Origin: Lingula anatina
Taxonomy: Eukaryota; Animalia; Brachiopoda
Direction of reading: 5' to 3'
Assembly (NCBI GenBank): GCA_051362555.1
Contig: CM120643.1
Coordinates: forward strand, 6,076,001 to 6,140,000
DNA length: 64,000 bases
Shown: piece after piece, positions 38,801 through 51,600 of the stretch
How the letters are laid out: every line of letters starts with the position of its first letter
How positions within the stretch are numbered: the first letter of the stretch is position 1
Translations under genes and position numbers: made by a program
Notes under the pieces: generated by a model
The model's input: the letters and a program-made list of their open reading frames with translations, nothing else
What the model was told of the DNA's origin: nothing
The model's database searches: none

Positions 38801-39797
38801 TCATTGTGTGTCTTTCTTTTAATGTTCAGATGGGAAAAACGGATTACCGCCTCTTGAAATTTAAAGGAATAACAACTGTTTGTGAGATATCCATATTTCA
38901 CAATAAATACATTGTAAAAACTCATAGAAATACAACAAATTCTATTTACCCCCAAAACGACGGTTAGCAAAGTTATTTTGGAATTTGTTCTGGCCATCAC
39001 ATCACGTGACCTCCATAGATGGCTACACAAAAAAGAGATTATTACCAAAAAAAAAAAAAAAAAAAAAAAAAAAACTTTTTAGAAAAGAAAAAAACAGTGA
39101 GTAATTTTGAACGTGGGAATGAATTCATTTACAATTGGTAAGTATGGAAAAATTGCCCTTTACCCCAGGAAATTCATTTTTTGGCCAAAATGATCAGATG
39201 TTATCTCTTTAAGCATTTGCTGTCTTGCTGAGTAAGAGATGCCATTTCTTTTTTTGCCAAACATAACGAAAGTGCGTGTCTGTTTTTTTTCCCAGCTATA
39301 AGTGTCCGACTTAAATTTTTTTTCAATTCCATATTCCCTATATAAACTAGTGTTTATTATTCTGTCCATTTTGTCAATAGCTAGGTAAACGCTGTATGTG
39401 ATTTTATGTTAGTACTTTTGACACTGAGTCCAGAATGGGTCTCTCTCCTCGGGGAGGGCGGAGACTACATCCACCATTGTTTTTTTTTAATGAAGAAGTT
39501 GAAATATATTGTTTTTGTCATTAAGATCAAACATAAGACCATTAATGTGGTAGATAGTTTATTTATCAAGTCGAATAAATAAGAACGTTATATTTTTTAC
39601 ACCTGTAAGTGAATTTAAATGCAGACACCAATAATATTCTCAAATATACTTGTAGTAATAAAAAGACAACACAAAGATGTTTTATAGATAAATGTTTTAT
39701 AAATAATTGAATACAGCAAAATAAATTTGAATTGCTCTTAGTAAAAAAACTTATTGAATATACAAAATGTCTTAGTGTTTTTACTGATGGCTATATT

Positions 39798-39995
39798 TCT
39801 CAGTGGTAGCCTGGGGCTGGGGTTCGATTCCTGGCTCGGGCACTTTGGAATTACAATGAGGTGCTATTAGAATTTTTCTTTGGTTACTATAAGAAGAAAG
39901 TCTACCCGCGGAGGGTGGGTGGGAACACTTAGAGAAGTAGGTAACGCGCTTGTCTCTGAGACAGAAGGTCCCCAGTTCGATTCCTGGCGCTTCTA
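39798..39995 (+). mobile_element. Two degenerate tRNA-derived SINE-like heads
   Basis: Two B-box/T-arm motifs GTTCGATTCCTGG (~39822, ~39975) with A-box-like TCAGTGGTAG / GTAGGTAACGCG. No complete cloverleaf. Confidence 0.4.
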
Positions 39996-42578
39996 GGTCC
40001 CAACAAATTACCTTTTGCAAAAATAAACCCAAATAAACTACTACAAGAGGATCATACGAATGAGGAAAATCAAGCTGAGACAGTAGCTCAATAGGTAAGG
40101 CGACAAAGAGAAGACGACGTCTAAGTTGATAACCAAAGGTTAAAGGCGAGTTGAAGACAAGAATGAACAAGCGGCATTTTTTGCACATTTTGAAACTACA
40201 TCTATTACAACTTTCATGTACGTTTATTAAAAGAAATACAAGCAATTGCGCCGTACATAAAATAATTTTCATAACGACTGAGCATTTCGAGATGTAAATC
40301 AATCTTAAATACAACTATCTACAACTAAATGTGTGGGAGATTTTATGCACTTTTGAAAAGTGTCGCTCAATATCAATTTCATTTTAATATCTAACGTCCA
40401 TTAGTCCTTCCATTTTGTCAATAGCTGTATATACGTCGTATGTTTTTATCAATCTTTTTGATTTTGAAAAAGAACATGAAATTTTAGGCTTTTTGCCCAG
40501 AGTTTAAAGTGAAAGTTGAAGATTTGTCGCGATGTACTTTACAGCCATCGTTCAAAGTTGACATTGAAGTATTTGTCTTATGAGTGAGCCAAATTGTAAC
40601 AGTATTGAAATTCAAAGTGCATATGATCTCGTGTGAGCGTTCTCCTCGCACGCGGGAACGCATTCATGACCTTACAACTAACTCCATGTTGCCATGCTGA
40701 TGATCACACACAACACCAAACAGCAGTCAAACATTATTCAGTTCGGTAAATTTGCTTTTTTCATAGATAAATAAATATGCACCTGATATTGTGCGTCATT
40801 TTTTTCTCTTTTAAATCTTAAAATAGGATTTAGGTGGCACAATTTTGAGTGAACACTTAAATTTATGCGTCGTGTGAATCAAGAACAGCATGAAGACATG
40901 GTCAGTTTACAACCTTATCCCAGTCATAGTAATTTTTAAGAACAATATGTAAACAATTTGAAAAGGTTATGCAAAAACAAGACTAGTTTACTTAAAATAA
41001 CTAATTACATTTACTCAGAAAAAGCTAATAAACTCAAAGATCTCTGGTGTTCAGTGATCAAGAAACACTCAATAAAAATAACCCAACAGCATGTGCAGGA
41101 CTGGCACCTAATCAGGCCTTTTGTTCTCAATCACTCCTTGATTCCGACCGAAATATAGAATTAAGAAAGTACCAAGCACAAGATCAACATTAAATAAAAC
41201 ACTGACCTTCCAATTTTGTGTAAAACTTACTCTAACCAATCAAAGTGTCATTTTTCTGATAATATTTTGATTTTTCATATTTGATTAGACAAAAAAAAAA
41301 AAAAAAAAATCCCCCAAGAGAAAAAGGATTTTTAGACGATAAGTCAGTAAATTGACAATTAACAGAAAAATTTCGTGTTTTAGAGGATTGGCAAAAGATG
41401 ACAGTCTACAAAAGTTCGTTTAATTACTAGGAAATACCCATTACCCCCAAAACAGAGCTTTGCGACAACTGTAGTTTTTGATACGAGTTTGATAAGGATT
41501 TTTCAAAATTTCAAGTTGTAAAAGATGCGATAAATGCCAGTCCTACATATACATTTTAATTGACAAAAGACGCAAAAGGAAACATTTCATACTATTCACC
41601 GTTTCTCTTTGTGAACAGTTCCGCTTTGTAATGAAGGTAAAAAGTTAATTTTCCTTTTTCAATAACAAAAACTTATGGATTTCGAAAAAAAAAAAAAAAA
41701 AAATACCCAAACCCCTGGTTTGATTTTCTGAAAACAAAAACATTTCTACCCCCTCCCAGCAATAAAACTATGGGTCTATCACTGATCAGACATACTACTA
41801 GTATATCAAAACACCGGGAACCAAAGGAAGTTCATTCTTGCCATGCGTCATATCAATAATTTAAGAAACACCCGTTTCAATAAGTGTGGGAAATTCTGTA
41901 ATAGCTTGAGCACATATTACAATTTCCTACTAACGTTAATTTACAATTGGATTACAACGTTTACAGTTTATTGTAAATTTACATCTCGTTCATTTCTTCC
42001 AATGAACCTACAGTAAAATACTCCTGTGTGCATTTTACGTAATGGAGTCGTAACGTATTTTTCTTTTCTTAAGTTCACTTGATTAAAATCAATATTTGTA
42101 TCCAATTTAATATGAATAATCATGCATTTTCAAGTGCATAACAAAGCGTCTTATTACATATTTGCCCACACATATAATTTTGCAATCAAACATTAAACCG
42201 GTCGTACTAGCACAGTGCTCTACCTGCACATCACTTAATGATAACTTTACAATTAATTTTATTTTCATAGATCCCTTAAGCAAGGTATTTTTTATTTTAG
42301 AATAGCTTCAAAAGTGTCGTTTCAGATTCGAAAACTGTTGGGTATAAACAAAAATATAAATTACAATAAAAACATCAATAGAGTGCTGTATTACAACAAA
42401 TTTACACATGTATAATAATAAATCAGCGACGTGCAGGGTTGACGCTTGGATTTTAGTCCATTTTATTAGAAGTTCCATTAATAAAACACTTGTTACACGC
42501 TGCACTGCATTTGATACACGTTTTGATGCAGAATATTACAACCCAAAGCAAATATTACATTTCAAACCAAATCAAATG

Positions 42579-43281
42579 TCAACCCTGCAAGTTGACTATA
42601 CGACAAACTTCGACACACAAGACAACGTTGACATGGGTGAGGGCGCTGGCGAACACGAATCTGATGTCTTTGCTGAGAGTGCGTCCAATTTCATCGTAGA
42701 CGGTTGTTATGAGGCACTGAAATTAAATGAAAAATGAAATTAAATTAAACAAAATCAACATGCGAGAAAAACTATCTAAGAGTTTGATGAAGTGAAATAT
42801 AATCTTTACACCGATCCATTTCAGCATAAATTAAGAGATAAAATAACCATACTATTAGAGTAGATATATACTCGGTATATTGACCCTACACGTTCTAGAA
42901 AATGACACACATTACAATGACGGAATGTAAATAAAATTATGAAATGGAAGTCAAGTGAAGTCGACAGTGCCTAGCAAATATACGTTTGCTTTACTGGCCG
43001 CGGCTAATTCTCAAGAAAACCACTTGTTTGTTGACAGTTAACTTTAATAAACAGGATATATTTGTATAAGCTGCTGTCGTGAAAAAGGCACAGACGCAGG
43101 TGATGGCAATATGTACAGACACATCTGTGTCTGTACATAAAAAAGGCACCCACTGGGAGCTGAGAATGCACCGATAGTTACCTGCTTTGTCGTCTTGCTT
43201 TGTTTAAGACGGAACATCGCGTTCAGACCTTTGGACGGCTGGAATAATCTTCTCACTTCTTTATGAGTAAATACTTTCCTT
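42579..43281 (-). other. Possible pair of terminal exons of an unidentified gene or lncRNA
   Basis: 43281-43182 (TTTTTCCAG|..CAG|GTAAC) joins in phase to 42716-42579 (ATTTCAG|..TGA), giving RKVFTHKEVRRLF..KQ|CLITTVYDEIGRTLSKDIRFVF..*. The product is not recognised and no compatible upstream exon was found. Confidence 0.2.
43088..43144 (+). mobile_element. Isolated HINE 3' end hairpin
   Basis: CAGACGCAGG..TATGTACAGACACA-tc-TGTGTCTGTACATA followed by poly-A. Confidence 0.6.
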
Positions 43282-43950
43282 CTGGAAAAAGCAACATAAA
43301 AAGTTATTTAACTTTTCAAGCTCATTTCGGCATTCATGTCAATAAAATATACCCAAGAGCCATTACGCCTGAAGTGGGAAATGCATACTTTTGGATAAAA
43401 TATCGTCATCATAAACCGATCAGTGTTGACTTACATCATCTATACAGTACTTACAACAAACTACATCAGTTCTCAGTGCCAAAATTTCAGTCTACGTGTG
43501 GAAATTGTGGCAATGTGGCACGTGAAGCTTCTTCCTCTTCCTACTGACCTTGGTCCTATCTGAATACCTCTCACCAAAATGCTCACCTGGTTTACATAAT
43601 AATAGCACTGACTGTGGGATTGTGTTAGAGAAGACACGATGCGGCTTAACGCAATCTAAACGTTATCATCAGGTTATTGCACAAACAAACCATTTTGTTT
43701 TGTCCATCTATAGACCTTCATCCCAAATGAGTTTTTTTATTATTAAAGCATCCCAATTAAAACATACTGTCGCCTATTGCTCTAGCACTGTAAATATTTA
43801 ACACTAGAGTTGTGGCGACTAAGGTTTGTACATGTATATCTAACATTTTAATTTTTATGCAGCAGTACACATGAACCCAAATATGCTTCTTAGAAAAAAA
43901 TAAATGACATAAGAATCAGTTTACTGAGTTACGCATCATTCGTGAAGGTA

Positions 43951-44385
43951 TTGTTTTCTGATTTCATTGTTTGTTCTCTGTTGTCGCGACTCTGTGGTTG
44001 CGTGCGACGTTGTATATGTGCGCACGCTTGTTTTTACGTCGCTTATTCTTCTTTGTTACGTTAAAATGATACATACGTTACCGATACATACGTTACCATG
44101 AAGCGTGTAAATATTTATTCTATTTTCATTGGTTTTCTTTCGCTTTGTGGGCCAACACTTATGTCTTTTATTTGTGTTTCATTAAAATAGTGTTGGCGCA
44201 CAAAAGGAAAGACAACCAATGAAAATAGAATAAAAAATATTTACACGCTTTATGGTAACGTATGTATCATTTTAACGTAACAAAGAAGAATGAGCGACGT
44301 TATAACATGCGTGCGCACTTATACAACGTCGCACGCAACCACAGAGTCGCGACAACAGAAAACAAACAATGAAATCAGAAAACAA
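43951..44385. mobile_element. Foldback/palindromic element, ~200-bp arms, TA-flanked
   Basis: TTGTTTTCTGATTTCATTGTTTGTT.. is reverse-complemented along nearly the whole length to ..AACAAACAATGAAATCAGAAAACAA, with a ~30-nt loop near 44160-44190. Confidence 0.9.
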
Positions 44386-44621
44386 TATATATATAAGTAG
44401 ATACTCCAACGCAGTAGACTACTCTGCCTTAATTTAGGACTCATTCCCAATGACACTATTGATCTATGTAAATCGATCCAACTCCACAGGGACTCTTGCT
44501 GAATGCAATTGGATTGGCTCGCCTCCTTTTGTTTTTAACGTGCTTTAATAATGACCATATTTTCTGTTTTCTACCCAAAGCCAGAGGGTGGTATACATAT
44601 CTGATCACCTAGAGAGATTAA

Positions 44622-44786
44622 GTGTATTCAGCACAGCAGACTAACAGATCTGTGGATCAAATATGGCCGACCCAATTGAATGCTTGTTGCATAATCCCTG
44701 TTGGGAATCTGTTCTGTGTCTAATTGCAAGCTTGTTAGTTGCCATATTTGATCCGCAGATCTGTTAGTCCACTGTTCTGAATGCAC
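44622..44786. mobile_element. Harbinger-type MITE
   Basis: TAA|GTGTATTCAG..GACTAACAGATCTG.GGATCAAATATGGC pairs with GCCATATTTGATCC.CAGATCTGTTAGTC..CTGAATGCAC|TTA. Confidence 0.65.
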
Positions 44787-45427
44787 TTATTTTTGTTGGA
44801 ATTGAGCTCTTAAACCTAATATTCTTAGACAGTCATATAAATATAGCAACGACAACAACAAATAATGATAATATCATTATTTAATATTTATTTATAATTA
44901 AAAGTCGGTTGGTACATTTTTAATGTTGAAATGATAATTCTAAGAAAAACAAAGGTCAAATACATTTTCAAGAAGTGTGTTAAAATTGAAAGTTATGAAT
45001 ACAGTTGTTATCTTAATTACCTAAAATAATACAAGTATGATAAACAATAACATAACAAAAACTACATTGTAGACTTTCAATTTTATTTCAAAGAGTTATA
45101 AAAACTATTTATAAACATCTATACAGTACTTTTTAATAACATTTGTGCACTAAAAATGTTCCCATGTAAATTTCTATATATTTTGTACATATTTCACGTT
45201 AAGGAAACAAAACCTTGATATTCACTGCAAAGAGACTGTAGTTTGCCACTTTTAAAATGTCCCCTCTCTTTCATCACTGTATATTATGTCCACAGTGTGT
45301 TTAGTGATTGTCATATGAGACTACATACACATATATGATCCTCACTGCACTGATGAATGCAATAGTCACATCTCATTACCTGGTTGGGGTTATGTGCGTA
45401 AATAAAATATCTTAAATGTGACAGTTA

Positions 45428-45629
45428 GGCCCCATTCATAATAGAAGATCTGAGAACTAAACTGATCTGCCAACTAAATATGGCGGTCCACACTTCAAAA
45501 GAGATGACACTGATTCCTGATGGTCTCCCTGCCTCCACACACGCCACATAACAGATTAATTCTTGGCTGCGAGGTTTAACTACTAGGCCCCTGCAGTTAG
45601 TACTCGGATCATCTATTCTGAATGGAGCC
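45428..45629. mobile_element. Harbinger-type MITE with TTA TSD
   Basis: TTA|GGCCCCATTCATAATAGAAGATCTGAG.ACTAA ... TTAGTACTCGGATCATCTATTCTGAATGGAGCC|TTA. Confidence 0.7.
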
Positions 45630-45895
45630 TTAGTGTTAAAGTAACTCTCAAGTGGTGAAAAACTGGAATATTTTTATTCATCAAGTATCCTTCATCAGTT
45701 TTGTATACATACTGTATAACAGAATGTGCAAAAGCTACTGATAAGTAAGTTGCATATAAAAGTGTTAATCAAAAGTTTTCAAAGAGATTCACCAGGTCCA
45801 ATGTATAATTCTGCATTATTAACTTGTCTTAAAAATATGTCAATTTTTACCTCTGACTTATATAAATGTAATCAAAGATATAATTCATTTTTCAG

Positions 45896-48089
45896 TTACA
45901 TAAAAAAGAACAATACCTATGCCGGATATTATAGGAAGTATGATGCCACAGTTCCGTCTTATCTACAGAATTGCCCAGAGTTTTTTTACTAAAAAATTGT
46001 ATGAAAAGAATAGCCAGTGCATCCTATCTTGAGGACAGGGAAGAAGCCATTTTTGTGGTTGGTCCTGCCAGGTATCAAATACATTTAGTGAGACCAAACA
46101 TGGATATTGGCACACTTTCACTTTTGGATCCGGAGAGGTTGCACCATCTTGTACTTGCCAGGACTGGCAATTAAATGGCTTGCCATGCAAGCATTTGTTT
46201 GGTATATTATGTTTTAAAGATGTGAGCTGGGATCAGCTACATGTACCAGCCAACTACAGGAACTCCTCGTTTTTTACTATAGATGAAGAGGTCCTGTTTA
46301 AATCGACGAAGCTCACACCAAATAACACAGATCCGGATAACTATGAAGTGCATGTAAATGTGTCATCTTCTAATTTGCCAGAAATCCCAACACCAATATT
46401 CCCCAAACAAACAGAACTTTCTAAGTGCCATAATCTTTTAGCAAAAATTAAGTCAAAAACCTATTTAGTTACAGATGGTGAAGCCATCCGCCACACAAAT
46501 GAAAAGTTGATAACAATCCTTCAGAAGTTACAAGAGTCAATTTCAAATGAAAGTGGGGTTGATTTACGGCCTAGTCCTGCCAAAAAGCAACAACTGCAAC
46601 TCAAGAAAAACCCATGCACAAAACCTGAAGCCAAAGAATGTGTTCAATCACATTTACCTATTACACCAGGGAAAAGATGCGTACAGTCAGGAAGAGTCGG
46701 GCATAAAGCGGAGATGATGAAAAGACAAAATGGGATAAACTTGTCTCTTCCAGGAGACACAGCTGACTGCCATGTTGTCCAAGAGGAACAAGTGTTGGAC
46801 AACTTCAACTGTCAGGAGCCAATTGTGTTAACCTCCAGTGCCGTGCTTTCTAGCACCAAAAGCTTAATCATCTAATATGTCTACCAGCTCTGTTGTCCAA
46901 TCCAACCACAGAAGCACCACTCTACCAAAACCAATATTGTAACTCCCTCTTCCACGAAGAACAACATCTTTGAGGAAAGTATCAAACACTCTGTCATTTA
47001 CAAAGACTCCAACGTGGAGTCAACCAACAGAACACTCGGAAAGTATAAATGCCACCACATTACATATGATAGCATTTCATCTATTAATGGGATGCTTACT
47101 GATGAAGTCAGTAAACAGTTTTGTTGCACAGGTGAAATATAAGAATCTTATGAATATCTAATGTTAAAATGAGCTACATAGACTTAAATAATGCCTTGCA
47201 GAATTTGCCTTGTTACTAATAGTACACACATACTCAACATAAAGAGACATTAATTTCTCTTCCTGCTGTTTGATTTATTAAAAATGAGATATATAACATG
47301 CTTTATGTTTAGGTAATTGACAGTTATCTTGATCTTATCATTGGAAACAGTGGTAAGAAGGTAAGAGTTCTAACAAAGTACAATAAGATAAAAAAAATTA
47401 AATGTCACATGCGAAATCACCAATGACATTTGGCTAGAATTAATAAATATAAAATAATGATAAAAGTATTAATAACAACCATTATTGTTATTATTATTGT
47501 GAAGAAAATTAATAATAATGTTTATTAAAGAAATAAAAACTTATCATTTCGATCAGAAAACGGATTTTTCTGTTTCCCCTTTCATACCAATGGTAAATAA
47601 ATCTGTTCCGATATTCAGAGTTAGTCCAGTTTTTTAAAAGCTTGTCTCTTAAGAGATTATTACAAAGGCTAGTCATCTACGGAGGTCGCGTAATTCCATG
47701 AAAAGCACAGATTCCAGATTAATTGCAATAAATAACATTTTAGTGGTAAAATAGAGTTTATTATATTTCTGTAATTGATTAAAATCTATTTATTATTAAG
47801 CATAAATCTCATACAAAGAGTAGTTATCTCTTTAAGCTCTAAATGTTGCATTGTGTACCCTAACTGGCTCTCTTAGCTGCCCTTAAAATTGTAAAAAAGA
47901 ATGTATTGTATATATCAGTCTTTGTATATCATAGCATCAGTGCATGCATGATAAAATAATACATATTATGAATTTTACAGCTGCCAAGATGTTTCCATCA
48001 TTAAAATGATTCCTTTTACAGGTATTCCATATGAGCCTTCATATAATGTAGAGGATTATATATGATGGAGAATGAATTATTTTTCTAAG
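45896..48089 (+). pseudogene. Decayed MULE-like transposase 3' part: SWIM zinc finger plus start of a Ulp1-like peptidase, spliced
   Basis: YRKYDATVPSYLQN.P..; SWIM PSCTCQDWQLNGLPCKHLFG at ~46144-46203; then ..SINGMLTDE|VIDSYLDLII across GT-AG exons 47106 -> 47313-47360 -> 48022-48089. Several frameshifts and stops. Confidence 0.65.
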
Positions 48090-48199
48090 GTTAGCCATAT
48101 GCACTTTGTTCAAATGTGATTGCTCTGTCTCTTGTGGTTGGTGTTGTAAATTAAAACTCAAATTATATGATGAAAACATTGGATTTTATTTTAACCACC

Positions 48200-48670
48200 T
48201 TTAAATTTACTTGACCTGCGTATTATGAATATTCATCAGTTCTGTTTCAAGCCAAAAAGTAAAGCGGTTTTTCACTTATGCTGTTATCAGGGTTGCATAT
48301 ATGCTGAAAAAAAGTGAAAAAACAGCATAACTTCCATAAGAAGCCTGATCATGCTGATTTTCGAACTTGACCTGCATATTATAGATATTCATCAGTTCTG
48401 TAAGTTTCAAACCAAAAGGTAAAACCGTTTTTCACTTATCGTGTTATCGGTGTTGCAAAAATGCTGAAAAAAGTGAAAAAACAGCATAACTTCCATTAAA
48501 ATGGCCCGATCATGCTGATTTTTGAACTTGACCTGCATATTTTGTATATTCATCAGTTCTGTAAGTTTGAATACAAAAAGTAAAACGGTATTCCACTTAT
48601 TGTGTTATCGCTGAGTGCATGGCGACGGTGATGGTGATGGCAACGACAGACTGCGTCTGTACATAAAAAG
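48200..48670 (+). mobile_element. HINE-type element with 3 x ~158-bp core and 3' end
   Basis: TTGACCTGC at 48211, 48367 and 48528; ends GGCGACGGTGATGG..GTCTGTACATAAAAA. Same family as 19660-21080. Confidence 0.7.
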
Positions 48671-51600
48671 CTTAAAAATTACATTGAAAAGACTGGCAAA
48701 CTCAATGACTTAAAATAGTTAAACGTTATAATTTTGTCAAATCTAATCCAATATTTCTAAAATTTGTACAAATGATGCTTAACAACAATAAAAAGTATGT
48801 GATAAGCTGATCACTTGACTGTGTCTAATGAAAAGTATCTTCTTCCAACAATATCTTTGAAAAAAAACTATCATGTATTGTACACATGGATAAAACATAG
48901 TGCTGATGTTGATGATGTCTTTCCCTGCCTGCTTTTTCATGGTAAGGGAACTCTGCAAAAAGAACAATATAACTGAAAAAAACTGAAAATTACATTGAAA
49001 AGACTGGCAAATCCCATGATTTAAAATAGTTAAACATTAATAATTTTGTCAAATCTTGTCCAATATTTCTGAAATTTGTACAAAAGATGCTTAACAACAA
49101 TTAAAATCTGTGATAAGCTGATCAATTGACTGTGTCTAATAAAAAGTGTTTTTTGGGACACTATATTTGGGAAAACTGAAAATTACATTGAAAAGACTGG
49201 CAAATCCCATAACTGAAAATAGTTAAACGTTAATAATTTTGTCAAATCTAGTTCAAAATTTCTGAAATTTGTACAAATGATGCTTAACAACAATAAAAAT
49301 CTGTGATAAGCTGATCAGTTGACTGTACTAATGAAAAGCATTTTCTTTGGACGATATATTTGAGAAATCTGAAAATTACACTGAAAACACTGGTAAATTC
49401 CATGACATAAAATAGTTAAACGTTAATAATTTTGACAAATCTTGTCCAATGTTTCTGAAATTTGTACAAATGATGCTTAACTACAATTAAAATCTGTGAT
49501 AAGCTGATCACTTGTCTGTTTTTTTTTAAGTGTCAAGTTTATTGGAAATTGATAATCAGAAGTGTGAGAATTAACCAAAACAAATATTTCTATATTGCAA
49601 TGTATTATTTACTCTCAAAGAAAACAGCAAATGTGATGATTTGAGTTTGTTTGTGTAGAAGGTTGCAAATTACCTATAACTGTCATCTGGAAAACAATAT
49701 ATACCCATACAAGACTTCTCTTTACTATCAATGTCAGATGCAGATTACTCCTTACAATGGGTTTCTGGAATGGGTTGTTGTTATCACAATATTTGACAAT
49801 GTCCTAATCTTGCCACATATCATGTATTGTTCACATGGGTAAAACATAGTGCTGATGTTGATGTTGTCTTCCATTGCCTGCTTTTTCATGGTAAGGGTAC
49901 TCTGGAAAAAGAACAATACAACTGAAAAAAACTGAAAATTACATTGAAAAGACTGGGAAATTCCATAACTGAAAATAGTTAAACGTTAATAATTTTGTCA
50001 AATCTAGTTCAAAATTTCTGAAATTTGTACAAATGATGCTTAACAACAATAAAAATCTGTGATAAGCTGATCAGTTGACCATTTCTAATGAAAAGCAATT
50101 TCTTCAAACGATATATTTGAGAAATCTGAAAAAACTGGCAAATTCCATGACTTAAAATAGTTAAAAGTTAATAATTTTGACAAATCTTGTCCAATATTTC
50201 TGAAATTTGTACAAATGATGCTTAACAACAATAAAAATCTGTGATAAGCTGATCAGTTGACCGTTTCTAATGAAAAGCATTTTCTTTGGACGATATATTT
50301 GAGAAATCTGAAAATTACACTGAAAACACTGGTAAATTCCATGACATAAAATAGTTAAACTTTAATAATTTTGGCAAATCTTGTCAAATATTTCTGAAAT
50401 GTTTACAAATGATGCTTAACAACAATAAAAATCTGTGATAAGCTGATCAGTTGACTGTGTATAATGAAAAGTATTTTCTTCAAACAATTTATATGAGAAA
50501 TCTGAAAATAGCACTGAAAACAATGGCAAATTCCACAATTTAAAATAGTTAAACGTTAATAATTTTGACACATCTTGTTCAATGTTTCTGAAATCTGTAC
50601 AAATGTTTCTTAACAATAATAAAAATATGTGATAAGCTGATCAGTTGTCTGTGTCTTTTTTTTAAGTGTCAAGTTTAAGGGAAATTGATAATCAGAAGTG
50701 TAAGAATTACGTAACCAAAACAAATATTTCAATACTGCAATGTATTATTTACTCTCAAAGAAAACAGCAAATGTGATGATTTGAGTTTGTTTGTGTAGAA
50801 GGCTGCAAATTACCTATAACTGTCATCTGGAAAACAATATATACCCATACAAGACTTCTCCTTACTACCAATGCCAGATGCAGATTACTCCTTACATTGG
50901 GTTTCTGGAATGGGTTGTTGTTATCACAATATTTCACAATGTCCTAAATCTTGTTCTTATCATGTATTGTACACATGGATAAGACATAGTGCTGCTCTTG
51001 GTGCTGTCTTTCACTACCTGCTTTTCCATGGTAAGGGTACTCTGGAAAAAGAACAATATAACTGAAAAAACTGAAAAAACACATTGAAAAGACTGGCAAA
51101 TCCCAAAACTTAAAATAGTTAAACGTTTATAATTTTGTCAAATCTAGTCCAATATTTCTGAAATTTGTACAAATGATGCTTAAGAACAATAAAAATCTGT
51201 GATAAGATGATCAGTTGACTGTATCTAATGAAAAGTGTTTTTTGGGACATCATATTTGGGAAAACTGAAATTTACATTGAAAACACTGGCAAATTTCATG
51301 ACTTAAAATAGTTAAAAGTTAATAATTTTGACAAATCTTGTCCAATGTTTCTGAAATTTGTGCAAATGATGCTTAACAACAACAAAAATCTGTGATAAGC
51401 TGATCAAATGACTGCATCTAATGAAAAGTACCTTCTTCAGACAATATCTTTGAAAAAACTGAAAATTACACTGAAAACATTGGCAAATTCCATGGCTTAA
51501 AATAGTTAAAAGTTAATAATTTTGTCAAATCTTGTCCAATAATTCTGAAATCTGTACAAAAAATTCTTAACAACAATAAAAATCTGTGATAAGCTGATCA

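Noticed and set aside
39930-39995. Functional tRNA gene
   Set aside because: The T-arm is present but the acceptor and D stems do not pair; treated as a SINE-like relic.
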